Of a DNA stretch of 56,572 nt, positions 10,128 to 21,087 are shown piece by piece. The stretch spans positions 1 to 56,572 of IMG/VR virus record IMGVR_UViG_3300009506_000095; one strand, 5' to 3'. Under the pieces are notes generated by a model. The model saw only the letters and a list, made by a program, of their open reading frames with translations. It was not told where the DNA came from and did not search any database. A program made the position numbers and the translations under genes. Every line of letters starts with the position of its first letter. Within the stretch, counting starts at the first letter, position 1. Origin of the DNA: a virus (lineage: Duplodnaviria > Caudoviricetes).

Positions 10128-11072
10128 ATGCCTCTTACTGATTCTGCTCATTCTAGAGCACCCCTTTTTGGACGTATGCAAAAAGGTGGTATTTATCAAA
10201 TTGTTAATGAAACTCTGACCACTGGTAATATTTTCTTTGTTGACAGTGGATGCACAACTGGTGGAACTACTGCTTCTTATGGTAGGAATCCAGATGCTGC
10301 TTTTACAACTCTAGCCTCTGCGCTTTCTGCTTGCACAGCAAGTAATGGTGACATGATTTTTATTATGCCTGGTCATGCAGAAGCCCCAACCGCTACCATC
10401 ACTGTGAATAAGATTGGTGTTTCTATCATAGGAATGGGAGTTGGAAGAAATCGACCTGTATTCACTCCTGCTCATACTGTAGCGAGTGATGATACATTCG
10501 ATATTACTGCTGATGATGTTCTGATTAAGAATATTGTTATTGCTGCTGGAACTAACTCTGGTGGAAATAGTACTCAGCTTAATATCAATGCTGATGACTT
10601 TGCTATGGAAGATTGCCTTATTGAACAAGGTGGAGTTAATCTGGTTGGCGTGTCTGTCATTGGCGGAAAGAACCGAGCAAGATTTGAACGATGTGTATTT
10701 CGTGGTACTGCTGCGAACCCTGATGTTGCCATTGATCTGGAAGGTTCTGGAAAACACAATGATATAATAATCAAGGGCTGTCATTTTAATTATGATGGTT
10801 CTTCTGGATTGGATCTTGCTGGAGTTCGCTCAAGTAAGACTGATACTGGTGTATTGATTCAGGATTGTACATTCATAGGTCTGGATACTGCTATAGTTGA
10901 CTTTAATAGCTCAGCCACTGGCTTGGTTGTTAACTGTTATGCTGATAGTAATACTGCTACAGGTACAGTCGCTGAATTAGTTGATGGTGGATTGCTGACT
11001 TTTGTTAATATGAGAGTTGGTGAACCACAAAAATCTGGTGCTCTGATTCCAGCTACTACATCTACTGCGTAA
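10128..11072 (+). CDS. Parallel beta-helix (pectin lyase-like) virion protein
   Basis: FFVDS..G..P..AFTTL..AL...ASNGDMIFIMPGHAE N-cap; repeated I.DC.F/RC.F strands. Confidence 0.65.
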   Translation: MPLTDSAHSRAPLFGRMQKGGIYQIVNETLTTGNIFFVDSGCTTGGTTASYGRNPDAAFTTLASALSACTASNGDMIFIMPGHAEAPTATITVNKIGVSIIGMGVGRNRPVFTPAHTVASDDTFDITADDVLIKNIVIAAGTNSGGNSTQLNINADDFAMEDCLIEQGGVNLVGVSVIGGKNRARFERCVFRGTAANPDVAIDLEGSGKHNDIIIKGCHFNYDGSSGLDLAGVRSSKTDTGVLIQDCTFIGLDTAIVDFNSSATGLVVNCYADSNTATGTVAELVDGGLLTFVNMRVGEPQKSGALIPATTSTA

Positions 11073-11091
11073 TTTTAATTAAGGGGCAATT

Positions 11092-11871
11092 ATGAGTAGA
11101 AGAGATTTACCTTTCATACTAGGTATGAAGGTTGAAAGGTTGGCCATAGGCTACCCTTGGGTTTCACCATTTATCTGGCAAAAGCACCATCAAAATGTGC
11201 TAAATTTGGAAAGACCTTCAGGTTTAGACATAAGATGGTTTCAAGGTCAAGGTTGGTGCCCTGCCCGCAGACATATTCACTTGTGTGAACAAGCTGTAGA
11301 GTGGGGTGCCAGCCACATACTTATCCTAGGCTCTGACCAGATTTTTCCTGAAAATCTCATACCAAGGCTCATAGAGAGAGTCGAAGTTGATGGCTGCGAA
11401 GTTATAACAGCTATGGTTCCGACAAGAGGGCTTGTGCCTTGGGTAGATATGAAACCATTTCAACCTGTAGCTTATAGATTTAAAGATGGTATGAAGGCTA
11501 ATGAATATAAAGGTTGGGATGTTAGTTCTGATATGATAGATATTATCATGCCTGATGAAAGTCCAGAGCTAGTTAGAGTAGATTTCATAGGCTCAGGATG
11601 TATAATGTTCCCTGTAGATGACCTTCTAACAATACAGAAGCCCTGGTTTGATGAAACATTTACAGTAGATGAATATAAGCGTCATGCGTCCATGGATACC
11701 AGATTTATTTGGAAGCTCAAAGTTATCGCTGGCGCCCAAATTTGGGTGGATACAACAATTAAGATCGGGCATTTGAACGATATGATAATTGACGATTCAT
11801 ATCAGCACAGGTTCAGTCGTGATGACTGGCAGGAGCAGGGATATGGATCAGCACCAGCAAACATCAAGTAA
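11092..11871 (+). CDS. GT-A fold glycosyltransferase (GT2-like)
   Basis: HILILGSDQIFP, VDFIGSGCIM, KPWF, QIWVDTTIKIGHL; paralogous to the last domain of 31996-34869. Confidence 0.7.
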   Translation: MSRRDLPFILGMKVERLAIGYPWVSPFIWQKHHQNVLNLERPSGLDIRWFQGQGWCPARRHIHLCEQAVEWGASHILILGSDQIFPENLIPRLIERVEVDGCEVITAMVPTRGLVPWVDMKPFQPVAYRFKDGMKANEYKGWDVSSDMIDIIMPDESPELVRVDFIGSGCIMFPVDDLLTIQKPWFDETFTVDEYKRHASMDTRFIWKLKVIAGAQIWVDTTIKIGHLNDMIIDDSYQHRFSRDDWQEQGYGSAPANIK

Positions 11872-12262
11872 ATTCAGAATACTTGGTGATTTCTCCAATT
11901 TAAGCATTGGAGCTTGTGTAGAAATTGCTAGAGACCCATGGCCATTTTTTGATGTAACTGGTCGGGAGATAGTTCTAGGCAATTATGTTGTGATAAGCTC
12001 TGGTGTTTATATACATACCCATTCCCACCAATTTAATAAATCAAACTGGAGAAAACTCCCAAAAATAATTGATGACGAGCAGACTATAATCTGTGACTAT
12101 GCCTTTATTGGTGTGAACGCACAAATTATGCCTTCTTGTAAATATATAGGACTGCATTCAGTGGTTGCTGCTGGAGCAGTTGTAACTAAAGATATTCCTG
12201 ATTATGAAATATGGGCAGGAAATCCTGCTTTTAAAATTGGGGATGTTGAAAAAGGAGATTAA
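11843..12262 (+). CDS. Hexapeptide-repeat (LbH) O-acetyltransferase
   Basis: IGVNAQIMP..IGLHSVVAAGAVVTKDIPDYEIWAGNPA; ATG 11843 preceded by AGGAG. Confidence 0.85.
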   Translation: MDQHQQTSSKFRILGDFSNLSIGACVEIARDPWPFFDVTGREIVLGNYVVISSGVYIHTHSHQFNKSNWRKLPKIIDDEQTIICDYAFIGVNAQIMPSCKYIGLHSVVAAGAVVTKDIPDYEIWAGNPAFKIGDVEKGD

Positions 12263-12264
12263 AG

Positions 12265-12618
12265 ATGGCAGTAACTAATACAGCAATTAATTCAGAAACA
12301 GCTGGATGGAAAGTTAATTCTGTATCAGCAGACTATTCTGGTTGTGAGGAATTGAAGGCAGCGGTGGCTAGTAATAACCATTATATAGATCATATAACAG
12401 TTTCTACTGGATCTAATATAAATGTTACAATAGGTGCAGGAGAGACAGGTGGTGCTGTTACAGCTACCATACTTGGCCCATTGTATTTTCCAGCAAATGG
12501 CGGAACATATAAGCATACATTTAAACCAGCTATAAAAGTAGCAGCCAACACAGCAATTACAGCAGATGCAAGTGGTGCTGGCGCAACTACAATTTTTATA
12601 GAAGGACGGACAAAATAA
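12265..12618 (+). CDS. Small beta-rich hypothetical virion protein
   Basis: AAGGAG RBS; Ala/Thr/Gly-rich composition. Confidence 0.55.
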   Translation: MAVTNTAINSETAGWKVNSVSADYSGCEELKAAVASNNHYIDHITVSTGSNINVTIGAGETGGAVTATILGPLYFPANGGTYKHTFKPAIKVAANTAITADASGAGATTIFIEGRTK

Positions 12619-12746
12619 TGGGAAAAATTTGGCTTGAAACATCATACGGAAAGTTGATCCACCTCCCAGTGCGAGGGGATGATGTGAACTCCCCCGATGA
12701 CCCATTGGGACTTTCGACTGTAAAACTTCATTTAATGCGGGGATAA
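12618..12746 (+). CDS. Small ORF, 42 aa (MGKIWLETSYGKLIHLPVRG...)
   Basis: TAATG stop/start overlap with the upstream gene; fills the intergenic gap; below the ORF-track cutoff. Confidence 0.3.
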   Translation: MGKIWLETSYGKLIHLPVRGDDVNSPDDPLGLSTVKLHLMRG

Positions 12747-12769
12747 TCGGGGCTGGTAGGAGATATTGG

Positions 12770-13231
12770 ATGGCTAAACTGGTTTGCATACATGAAAATC
12801 TTGCGTTGGCAAAAGTGGCGAGGGGTGTTCGTGCATCGGTTGAAGAAGACCATGCTATTCAACCCGTTGGTGATATTGTTGGGGTGTTTGAGGATAGCCA
12901 TGTGTTTTCTCCACTTGAAGAATCTGAGTTTGAGATAATCGACATACAGGGCTTTACAAGGCAGGAACTGATAGATGCGCTACCCCTTCCACAAATGGGT
13001 GTTGATATAGATGGGAATGATGCGTGGCTGGATGCGTCTGACGGCCTATGGAAAAGACTCTCAAAAAGGCCGAAATTCAAACTGTCTAAGGCAAATATAA
13101 AAAGCAATGATATAAGTAAATTGGCATCATCGTCTATTTCTATAGCAGACAAAATCGCAATATTGCAGACGCTCAAAAACAGGATCGCTGACTATCCAGA
13201 AAACTTCATAACTGTTGTGGTACAGACATGA
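12770..13231 (+). CDS. Hypothetical protein, paralog of 41665-42159
   Basis: Shared D.VGVFED.H.FSPLE...F.I.D..GFT.QEL motif. Confidence 0.7.
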   Translation: MAKLVCIHENLALAKVARGVRASVEEDHAIQPVGDIVGVFEDSHVFSPLEESEFEIIDIQGFTRQELIDALPLPQMGVDIDGNDAWLDASDGLWKRLSKRPKFKLSKANIKSNDISKLASSSISIADKIAILQTLKNRIADYPENFITVVVQT

Positions 13232-13566
13232 AGCTGACAGTCGATTTGCCGGATTGGTGCGATGAAAGAAACGTCTATATTATGGCGGGTATAGAGTTGG
13301 CGGGATATAAACTTTATGGCAGAAACGAAGTGATGGTCAAGTCTGTCCGGTGCAATATGTGCGGTGAGTGCTGCATGAACCTCCCAAAGAGATACCCGGT
13401 TGATAAAACGGAAGACGGAAAGTGTATTCATTTCGATACAAAAACAAAGCTGTGTTTAATTCCCATAGAGCGGTCAAGACTTTGCGACAGGTGCGACCCG
13501 AACATGAATAGCGAACCAAAAGAATATTGTGCAATCAGATATAAGGTCGGTGGGAGTACTGAATAA
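13228..13566 (+). CDS. YkgJ-like cysteine-cluster (Zn/Fe-S) protein
   Basis: [22 protein letters not shown]...RSRLC pattern. Confidence 0.7.
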   Translation: MKLTVDLPDWCDERNVYIMAGIELAGYKLYGRNEVMVKSVRCNMCGECCMNLPKRYPVDKTEDGKCIHFDTKTKLCLIPIERSRLCDRCDPNMNSEPKEYCAIRYKVGGSTE

Positions 13567-16469
13567 TGGCAACCTATTATCCGCAATTATTAGGGTCGAG
13601 ACTCCTCGCTGATAGCGACGGCAGTCCTCTTGCAGCCGTTGATGCCGATGTTTCTAATCATACCAAAACAGATAAAATAATTCTCGCCATACAGGTCGGG
13701 TATAACGGTAAGGATACTGCTGCGTCCGCCTATAAACTCCAGTATAGGGATGAAACGGACAATCCTGGCGGAGCAATGGGAGATGTCGGTGCTACTGGAG
13801 AAGTTAAGTATTCTGCAACATCCTCCACGCTGACTGACGGCGGTTCTGTTACGTCAAATATCTGCACTGACCAATCCGCCGATATGACATGGCAGAACGG
13901 ACTTGAGAATGTAAACGACAATGTTCTCCCCGATGCCGGGACATTTGACCTTGGGAGTGACTGCTATACAGAGTTCTGGTTTGCGCTCGATCTTTCTGAT
14001 GCAGAAGATGGTCATCAATATACATTTGGGCTTTATAATACCACAGAAGGTGCGAGTCTGGGTGCATGCGCCGCTCAAGTAACGATTGCCGCAGGACCAC
14101 CCACAGAGAATATATACGCAATATGTTCTGCTGCCGATTGGGGCAGTCCTCTGTATGCCGACAAAGGTAGCACTGGAGCGAGAGATGCGTACTACGCAGG
14201 GTATTATACCTCAGCACAAGCATGGGAAACTGCCCGTAATGGAGACCTGACTTCTGGAAATACAAAAGAGACAGCAGAGGCATGTGGTGATGACTGGAGC
14301 GGTAGTCCCGATGGAAATATAGGTTTTGGTGGGTGGATATGCAACAGGGATAACGACCAGATTATAACATTAAAGTCCGTCGGCTCTGCTAAAAATACCA
14401 CTGGTATTTGGGATGCTTCCAAATACGTTATGTACAGGGCCACTGATGATGTTTTTGATATTGCTATAAGTACAGATCGTTTTGATCTTGACGTGGAATA
14501 CATTCAGTTGCACGCTGCCGACCCTGCGGGAAATGAGAGTTTTAACTTTCGACAGCAGGCTGCTGGATCGGTTGTAAATGTAGGATATGCGCTTCTCTAC
14601 CATTCGGGTTCATCGGGGGTTGGATTTAGTAGTAATAGTGCAAATGCAACAACATTAAATATATATAATTCTTACATAACAAATAGCAATTATTACAGAC
14701 CGATACAGTGTATTGGGGCGAGCAGTACGATAAATGTTTATAATAGTACTATTTGCGGTTCTACTGAGCGTGGTATTCATGAAGCGGCTGGTACTATTAA
14801 TGTTTATAACTGCGCTGTTTTTGATAATGATTCTGCTGATATAAATGTAACCAATGGTACTGTAACTAATTGTGCATCCGATGGCGGCACAGGCACTAAT
14901 GCCCAGACTTTAGACAATACCAATAATTATGAGAATGAATTTGTAGATTATCCCGGTGGAGATCTCAGGCTTGTTTCAGGTTCTGTCTGTATAGAAAACG
15001 GGACTGACAATCCAGGTAGTGGCTTATATTCTGATGACTATTTGGGAACTGCCAGAAGCAGCACTTGGGATATTGGAGCGTTTGAGTATGTTGGGGGTGG
15101 GTCTTCAGAGTCTCCTTCTGAATCACCTTCAGAGTCTCCATCTGAATCACCAAGTGAGTCTCCAAGTTTATCTCCATCAGCTTCTGAATCTCCTTCTGAA
15201 TCTCCTTCTGAAAGTCCAAGCGAGTCTCCAAGCTTAAGCCCTTCAGCTTCTGAAAGCCCTTCAGAGTCTCCTTCTGAAAGCCCTTCAGAGTCTCCTTCTG
15301 AAAGCCCTTCAGAGTCTCCATCTGAGTCTCCAAGCTTAAGTCCTTCAGCTTCTGAGAGTCCTTCAGAGTCTCCATCTGAATCACCTTCAGAATCTCCATC
15401 TCTAAGCCCTTCAGCCTCTGAAAGCCCATCTGAGTCTCCATCTGAGTCTCCAAGCTTAAGTCCTTCAGCTTCAGAGTCTCCTTCTGAATCACCTTCAGAG
15501 TCACCATCTCTGAGTCCTTCAGCTTCTGAATCTCCATCTGAGTCTCCTTCTGAATCACCAAGTGAATCTCCTTCATTATCTCCTTCAGCTTCAGAGAGTC
15601 CATCAGAGTCTCCTTCTGAAAGCCCTTCTGAATCTCCAAGCTTAAGCCCTTCAGCTTCAGAGTCTCCTTCTGAAAGTCCTTCAGAGTCTCCTTCTGAATC
15701 TCCAAGCTTAAGCCCAAGTGCTTCAGAGTCTCATTCTGAAAGTCCATCTGAAAGCTCTTCAGAGTCTCCATCTCTAAGCCCAAGTGCTTCTGAGTCTCCT
15801 TCAGAGTCACCTTCAGAGAGTCCATCTGAATCTCCAAGCTTAAGTCCTTCAGCTTCTGAAAGTCCATCAATTTCTCCAAGTGAATCTCCATCTCTAAGCC
15901 CTTCAGCTTCTGAAAGCCCATCAGAGTCTCCTTCTGAATCACCTTCTGAATCACCTTCAGAGAGTCCATCTGAATCTCCAAGCTTATCTCCTTCAGCTTC
16001 TGAATCACCAAGCGAGTCTCCTTCTGAGTCTCCAAGCTTAAGCCCTTCAGCTTCTGAGTCTCCTTCAGAGTCTCCATCTCTAAGCCCTTCTGAATCACCT
16101 TCCGAATCCCCATCGCCATCTCCTGGATCACCATTGGAAGGAACAACTTGTTGGGGACATGTGACAGGAGTTGAAGAGCAAAACACAAGGCCATTCGCTA
16201 CTATATGGACTGGAACAGGAGAGATAAGTGGATCTGGAGATACTGAAATAATTACTTTAGATTCCAGCGAATCTATGGTAGGAGAAGTTGTATACATAGG
16301 TGCTAACACCGTCATTATAGAGGTGAACAAATATAGGTCAGGAACAGGAACCCCAACAGTATATTACAAAGATGGAGATTCCTATAATAATTGTATTGCT
16401 GATGATTGGAATCTTTATTCAGACCCATTCTTATCGACTGGGTATGTACAGATAATGGTAGAGAACTAA
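13566..16469 (+). CDS. Virion surface protein: beta-rich and beta-helix head, mucin-like (SPSE)n stalk, C-terminal anchor domain
   Basis: IYNS.I/VYNSTI/VYNCAV beta-helix repeats ending WDIGAFEY, then ~340 aa of [14 protein letters not shown] repeats, then a globular C-terminal domain. Confidence 0.75.
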   Translation: MATYYPQLLGSRLLADSDGSPLAAVDADVSNHTKTDKIILAIQVGYNGKDTAASAYKLQYRDETDNPGGAMGDVGATGEVKYSATSSTLTDGGSVTSNICTDQSADMTWQNGLENVNDNVLPDAGTFDLGSDCYTEFWFALDLSDAEDGHQYTFGLYNTTEGASLGACAAQVTIAAGPPTENIYAICSAADWGSPLYADKGSTGARDAYYAGYYTSAQAWETARNGDLTSGNTKETAEACGDDWSGSPDGNIGFGGWICNRDNDQIITLKSVGSAKNTTGIWDASKYVMYRATDDVFDIAISTDRFDLDVEYIQLHAADPAGNESFNFRQQAAGSVVNVGYALLYHSGSSGVGFSSNSANATTLNIYNSYITNSNYYRPIQCIGASSTINVYNSTICGSTERGIHEAAGTINVYNCAVFDNDSADINVTNGTVTNCASDGGTGTNAQTLDNTNNYENEFVDYPGGDLRLVSGSVCIENGTDNPGSGLYSDDYLGTARSSTWDIGAFEYVGGGSSESPSESPSESPSESPSESPSLSPSASESPSESPSESPSESPSLSPSASESPSESPSESPSESPSESPSESPSESPSLSPSASESPSESPSESPSESPSLSPSASESPSESPSESPSLSPSASESPSESPSESPSLSPSASESPSESPSESPSESPSLSPSASESPSESPSESPSESPSLSPSASESPSESPSESPSESPSLSPSASESHSESPSESSSESPSLSPSASESPSESPSESPSESPSLSPSASESPSISPSESPSLSPSASESPSESPSESPSESPSESPSESPSLSPSASESPSESPSESPSLSPSASESPSESPSLSPSESPSESPSPSPGSPLEGTTCWGHVTGVEEQNTRPFATIWTGTGEISGSGDTEIITLDSSESMVGEVVYIGANTVIIEVNKYRSGTGTPTVYYKDGDSYNNCIADDWNLYSDPFLSTGYVQIMVEN
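15102..16124 (+). repeat. Coding tandem repeat (SPSE)n punctuated by [10 protein letters not shown]
   Basis: 12-bp units such as TCTCCTTCTGAA/AGCCCTTCAGAG and recurring CCAAGCTTAAGCCCTTCAGCTTCTGA. Confidence 0.97.
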
Positions 16470-16863
16470 TATGACTGCGACCCTGAATGGCATAGTTTTG
16501 GATGCTCCAACAGTAGACCCACAGATAGCTGTTGATGAAAGCTTCACTATGACTATTTACGGCACTTATCAGGGTGCTGGAAGTGCAAATCCGCATAGTA
16601 TTTGGTTCGAGTGGGATCAGGGGATAGATTCTTGGCAGCAGATACCTGAAAGCAGTGGAAGTAATGGCTTATACACAACTGGTCAAAGTGATTACACTAA
16701 TTTAACAGTAGTGTATGATGATGCTAATAAGATTTCAATTACTGTATATGGTGATAATGCTGGCACATATAAAATAAGAGCGCACGGGTACAGTAATCCA
16801 AATAATTTTTATAACCCAAGTGCAGACCCATGGTTTACTGTTACTGTAAGCGTTGCTGAAGTT

Positions 16864-19292
16864 CCAAGTGAGTCTCCATCTGAATCTCCTTCAGAGTCTC
16901 CTTCTGAGAGTCCAAGCGAGTCTCCAAGCTTAAGCCCTTCAGCTTCAGAATCTCCTTCAGAGTCTCCATCTGAGTCTCCATCTGAGTCTCCAAGCTTAAG
17001 CCCTTCAGCTTCTGAAAGCCCTTCTGAATCACCTTCTGAAAGCCCTTCAGAGTCTCCATCTGAGTCTCCAAGCTTAAGCCCTTCAGCTTCTGAAAGCCCT
17101 TCTGAATCACCTTCTGAATCACCTTCAGAGAGTCCATCAGAGTCTCCTTCTGAATCACCTTCAGAGTCACCATCTCTGAGTCCTTCAGCTTCAGAGTCTC
17201 CATCTGAGTCTCCTTCTGAATCACCAAGTGAATCTCCTTCATTATCTCCTTCAGCTTCTGAAAGCCCATCAATTTCTCCTTCTCATTATCTCCTTCAGCT
17301 TCTGAAAGCCCATCAATTTCTCCTTCTGAAAGCCCTTCTGAATCTCCAAGCTTAAGCCCTTCAGCTTCTGAGTCTCCATCAGAAAGTCCATCTGAATCAC
17401 CTTCTGAGAGTCCATCAGAAAGCCCATCTGAGTCTCCAAGCTTAAGCCCAAGTGCTTCTGAAAGTCCATCTGAATCTCCAAGCTTAAGCCCTTCGGCACC
17501 ATCTACAATTATAATTGAAGATATAGTGATTACAATATCTGGTGTTTCACCTAGTCCATCTGAGTCTCCATCTGAGTCTCCTTCAGAGTCTCCAAGCTTA
17601 AGCCCTTCAGCTTCTGAAAGCCCTTCAGAGTCTCCTTCTGAAAGTCCATCAGAGTCTCCAAGCTTAAGCCCTTCAGCTTCTGAAAGCCCTTCAGAAAGCC
17701 CATCTGAGAGTCCATCAGAATCTCCATCTATAAGCCCTTCAGCTTCAGAGAGTCCATCAGAGTCTCCTTCTGAAAGCCCTTCTGAATCCCCAAGCTTAAG
17801 CCCTTCAGCTTCTGAGTCTCCATCAGAAAGCCCATCAGAAAGTCCATCTGAGTCTCCAAGCTTAAGCCCTTCAGCTTCTGAAAGCCCTTCAGAGTCTCCT
17901 TCTGAAAGTCCTTCAGAGTCTCCAAGCTTAAGCCCTTCAGCTTCTGAAAGCCCTTCAGAGTCTCCTTCTGAATCACCTTCAGAGTCACCATCTCTGAGTC
18001 CTTCAGCTTCTGAATCTCCATCTGAGTCTCCTTCTGAGTCTCCTTCTGAGAGTCCATCAGAAAGTCCTTCTGAATCACCATCATTATCTCCTTCAGCTTC
18101 TGAAAGCCCTTCAGAGTCTCCTTCTGAAAGCCCTTCAGAGTCTCCAAGCTTAAGCCCTTCAGCTTCTGAGTCTCCTTCTGAGTCTCCTTCAGAGTCTCCT
18201 TCTGAGAGTCCATCTGAGAGTCCATCTGAGTCTCCAAGCTTAAGCCCTTCAGCTTCTGAATCTCCTTCTGAATCACCTTCAGAGTCTCCATCTGAATCTC
18301 CAAGCTTAAGTCCTTCAGCTTCTGAAAGTCCATCTGAAAGTCCATCACTTCCTGGAAGCCCAAGCGAATCTCCTTCAGAATCTCCATCTGAATCTCCATC
18401 TGAGAGTCCATCTGAATCTCCAAGCTTAAGCCCAAGTGCATCTGAGTCTCCTTCTGAATCACCAAGTGAATCTCCTTCATTATCTCCTTCAGCTTCTGAA
18501 AGCCCATCTGAGTCTCCATCTGAGTCTCCTTCAGAAAGTCCATCTGAATCACCTTCAGAGTCTCCAAGCTTAAGTCCTTCAGCTTCTGAAAGCCCATCTG
18601 AGTCTCCAAGTGAATCTCCTTCAGAGTCTCCTTCTGAGAGTCCATCTGAATCTCCAAGCTTAAGCCCTTCAGCTTCTGAAAGCCATTCAGAAAGCCCTTC
18701 AGAGTCTCCATCTGAAAGTCCATCTGAAAGCCCTTCTGAGTCTCCAAGTTTAAGCCCTTCAGCTTCTGAAAGCCCTTCAGAGTCTCCTTCTGAGAGTCCA
18801 TCTGAGAGTCCGTCAATACCAGGTAGTCCATCTGAGAGTCCATCTGAATCACCTTCAGAGTCTCCAAGCTTAAGTCCTTCAGCTTCTGAAAGCCCTTCAG
18901 AAAGTCCATCTGAATCACCATCTGAGTCTCCAAGCCTAAGCCCTTCAGCTTCTGAAAGCCCATCTGAGTCTCCATCTGAGTCTCCAAGTTTAAGCCCTTC
19001 AGCTTCTGAAAGCCCTTCTGAATCACCTTCTGAATCACCATCTGAAAGTCCTTCAGAATCTCCAAGCTTAAGCCCAAGTGCTTCAGAGTCTCCTTCTGAA
19101 TCTCAATCTGAAAGTCCATCTGAGAGTCCATCAGAATCTCCAAGCTTATCTCCTTCAGCTTCTGAAAGCCCTTCTGAATCACCTTCTGAAAGTCCAAGCG
19201 AGTCTCCAAGCTTAAGCCCTTCAGCTTCTGAAAGCCCTTCTGAGTCTCCTTCAGAGTCTCCTTCAGAGTCTCCTTCAGAGAGTCCATCTGAG
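16864..19292 (+). repeat. Coding (SPSE)n tandem repeat, ~2.4 kb, briefly interrupted by [17 protein letters not shown]
   Basis: Same units as 15102-16124. Confidence 0.97.
17240..17327 (+). repeat. Exact 44-bp tandem duplication causing the frameshift
   Basis: CATTATCTCCTTCAGCTTCTGAAAGCCCATCAATTTCTCCTTCT x2. Confidence 0.9.
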
Positions 19293-19474
19293 CATGATTA
19301 TACATCTAATCTGATATACACTAATCCGTATGAATATACTTTCACTTCGAACATATTTAACTACACTTTTGATTCAAATAGTACAATAACTTATACCTTT
19401 AATAGCGATAAAAAATTGTTTGAAGGGTTCACATTCTACACAAATCCATACAATTTCACAAAAGAGGCCAAAAA

Positions 19475-20383
19475 ATGATAAGCATAATAATACCTGCAAG
19501 AGATGAGAAATATTTACAGACAACTATTGATGATATAAACAACAGAATATCTGGAGAATTTGAATATGAGATAATAGTTGCTCTTGATGGGTGTTGGCCT
19601 AATCCAAGTATAAATAGGGATAAAAATGTATCATTGGTACACTTTGGTGGGCCAAAAGGAATAAGATATATTGTTGAAGCAGCAATAAGAATTGCAAAGT
19701 ATGAGCACATAATGAAGTTAGATGCCCATTGCTCTTTAGCGAAAGATTTTGATAAGGTTCTGATAGCAGATACTGAGGATAATTGGATCTCAATACCAAG
19801 TAGATATAGCCTTAATGAGAAGAGCTGGAAGAAAACCAGAGGGCCAGTAGATTATATGATGATAACCTATCCATACGCTGATGATGATAAATATGGATGG
19901 GGAATCCATGGTAAGAAGTGGAGAGGTGAAAACGGACAAGATGGAAATTTCTGGCACCTTGAGAAAAAAAGAAAGAATATCCTAATAGATGATATAATCA
20001 TATTCCAAGGTTCATGCTGGTTTATGCACAAACAACACTTCTGGAATATTGGTGGATATGAAAAAAGCCATCCATATATAATGTTTCAAGAAGCTCCTGA
20101 GCTTTCTTTTAAAACCTGGTTATCTGGAGGGAGAGTTGTAAGGAATAAAAAGACTTGGTTTGCCCATATGCATAAGTCGAAAGAGCAAGAGAACACATCC
20201 AGCTATGGTCTATCTAAAAGAAAGAAATATGAGGCAGAGGACTGGTCAGCAGACTTTTGGATGAATGATAGATGGGATAAAAGCATACACAAATTCTCTT
20301 GGTTAATAGAGAAATTCTCTCCTATGTACGGGTGGGAGGATATTGATTGGAATCAAGAGTTTAAAATGAATAGAGGTGGATAA
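19475..20383 (+). CDS. Glycosyltransferase, GT-A fold, ppGalNAc-transferase (GT27)-like motifs
   Basis: [15 protein letters not shown] (DxH), [38 protein letters not shown]. Confidence 0.85.
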   Translation: MISIIIPARDEKYLQTTIDDINNRISGEFEYEIIVALDGCWPNPSINRDKNVSLVHFGGPKGIRYIVEAAIRIAKYEHIMKLDAHCSLAKDFDKVLIADTEDNWISIPSRYSLNEKSWKKTRGPVDYMMITYPYADDDKYGWGIHGKKWRGENGQDGNFWHLEKKRKNILIDDIIIFQGSCWFMHKQHFWNIGGYEKSHPYIMFQEAPELSFKTWLSGGRVVRNKKTWFAHMHKSKEQENTSSYGLSKRKKYEAEDWSADFWMNDRWDKSIHKFSWLIEKFSPMYGWEDIDWNQEFKMNRGG

Positions 20384-20385
20384 GC

Positions 20386-21087
20386 ATGAAATATATAATT
20401 CTTATTATATTCATCATTCTTATAGCATGTTCTCCAGCACCAGATGATTCTATAAACATTGCTGTAATAAGCCTACACGGTGGAGGATGGAGAAGGTCTG
20501 ATGGCTGTTTTGATAATATCCAATTTATGAATAAACTCACCGAGTATGATGTTATTATACCAGATTTCACACTCTCAAACGATCCAAATTTCGTAGACCC
20601 ATTCACCACAATAATGGATATAAAAAGTGTTGTTGATAGTGCTAAGCTAACTCATGATGAAGTTTTCTTATGTGGCAGATCATCTGGAGGTCATTTGGCT
20701 CTTTTCTATTCTATACTTAGACCATATGATATAAAAGGAGTGATAGACATAGCTGGGCCATCTGACCTCACCACTCTCGCAGATAGTGCTTGGGATGAGG
20801 ATACAATAGAGATTTTAAGAGGAATGGTTGCTGATTTCAGCATAATAGATGGAAGAGATTTAAGAAAAAGTTTCAGTATAAATGTAGACTCTGGAGTTCC
20901 ATCACTCCTAATATACAATACGCTCGATTCTACTGTTGATTATGATACTCAAGCAATTCCATTATTTGGTACTTTCCCTAATGCAGATATAAGGATATTC
21001 AACGACCCAACAGGGCATATTTTTGTCGATAGGCATGAAGATGAAATAATAAACAGTATTAGAGATTTTATAAAGAAGAATGAGTAA
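20386..21087 (+). CDS. Alpha/beta-hydrolase (esterase/lipase-like), probable lipoprotein
   Basis: HGGGW oxyanion motif, GRSSGG nucleophile elbow, D and GH catalytic candidates; hydrophobic signal ending LIAC. Confidence 0.8.
   Translation: MKYIILIIFIILIACSPAPDDSINIAVISLHGGGWRRSDGCFDNIQFMNKLTEYDVIIPDFTLSNDPNFVDPFTTIMDIKSVVDSAKLTHDEVFLCGRSSGGHLALFYSILRPYDIKGVIDIAGPSDLTTLADSAWDEDTIEILRGMVADFSIIDGRDLRKSFSINVDSGVPSLLIYNTLDSTVDYDTQAIPLFGTFPNADIRIFNDPTGHIFVDRHEDEIINSIRDFIKKNE

Larger units (their letters stand above)
16471..19478 (+). pseudogene. Second mucin-like (SPSE)n protein, split by a frameshift (ORFs 16471-17355 and 17526-19478 are one gene)
   Basis: Perfect 44-bp tandem duplication (17240-17283 = 17284-17327) shifts the frame; the -1 frame continues as SPSE repeats into the 17526 ORF; removing one copy restores a 987-aa ORF. 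Confidence 0.8.

Noticed and set aside
15102-19292. Regularly recurring ~26-bp sequence resembling a CRISPR repeat
   Set aside because: The intervening DNA is itself repetitive and in-frame coding; there are no unique spacers and no cas genes
14965-19305. Long minus-strand ORFs (14965-16194, 15731-16330, 16841-17272, 17728-19305; also 43039-44046)
   Set aside because: They are antisense shadows of the SPSE coding repeats, which lack stops in some reverse frames; no RBS or independent domain
17526-19478. Independent gene starting at GTG 17526
   Set aside because: No RBS, and the frame is open upstream back to the 44-bp duplication, so it is the 3' part of the 16471 gene
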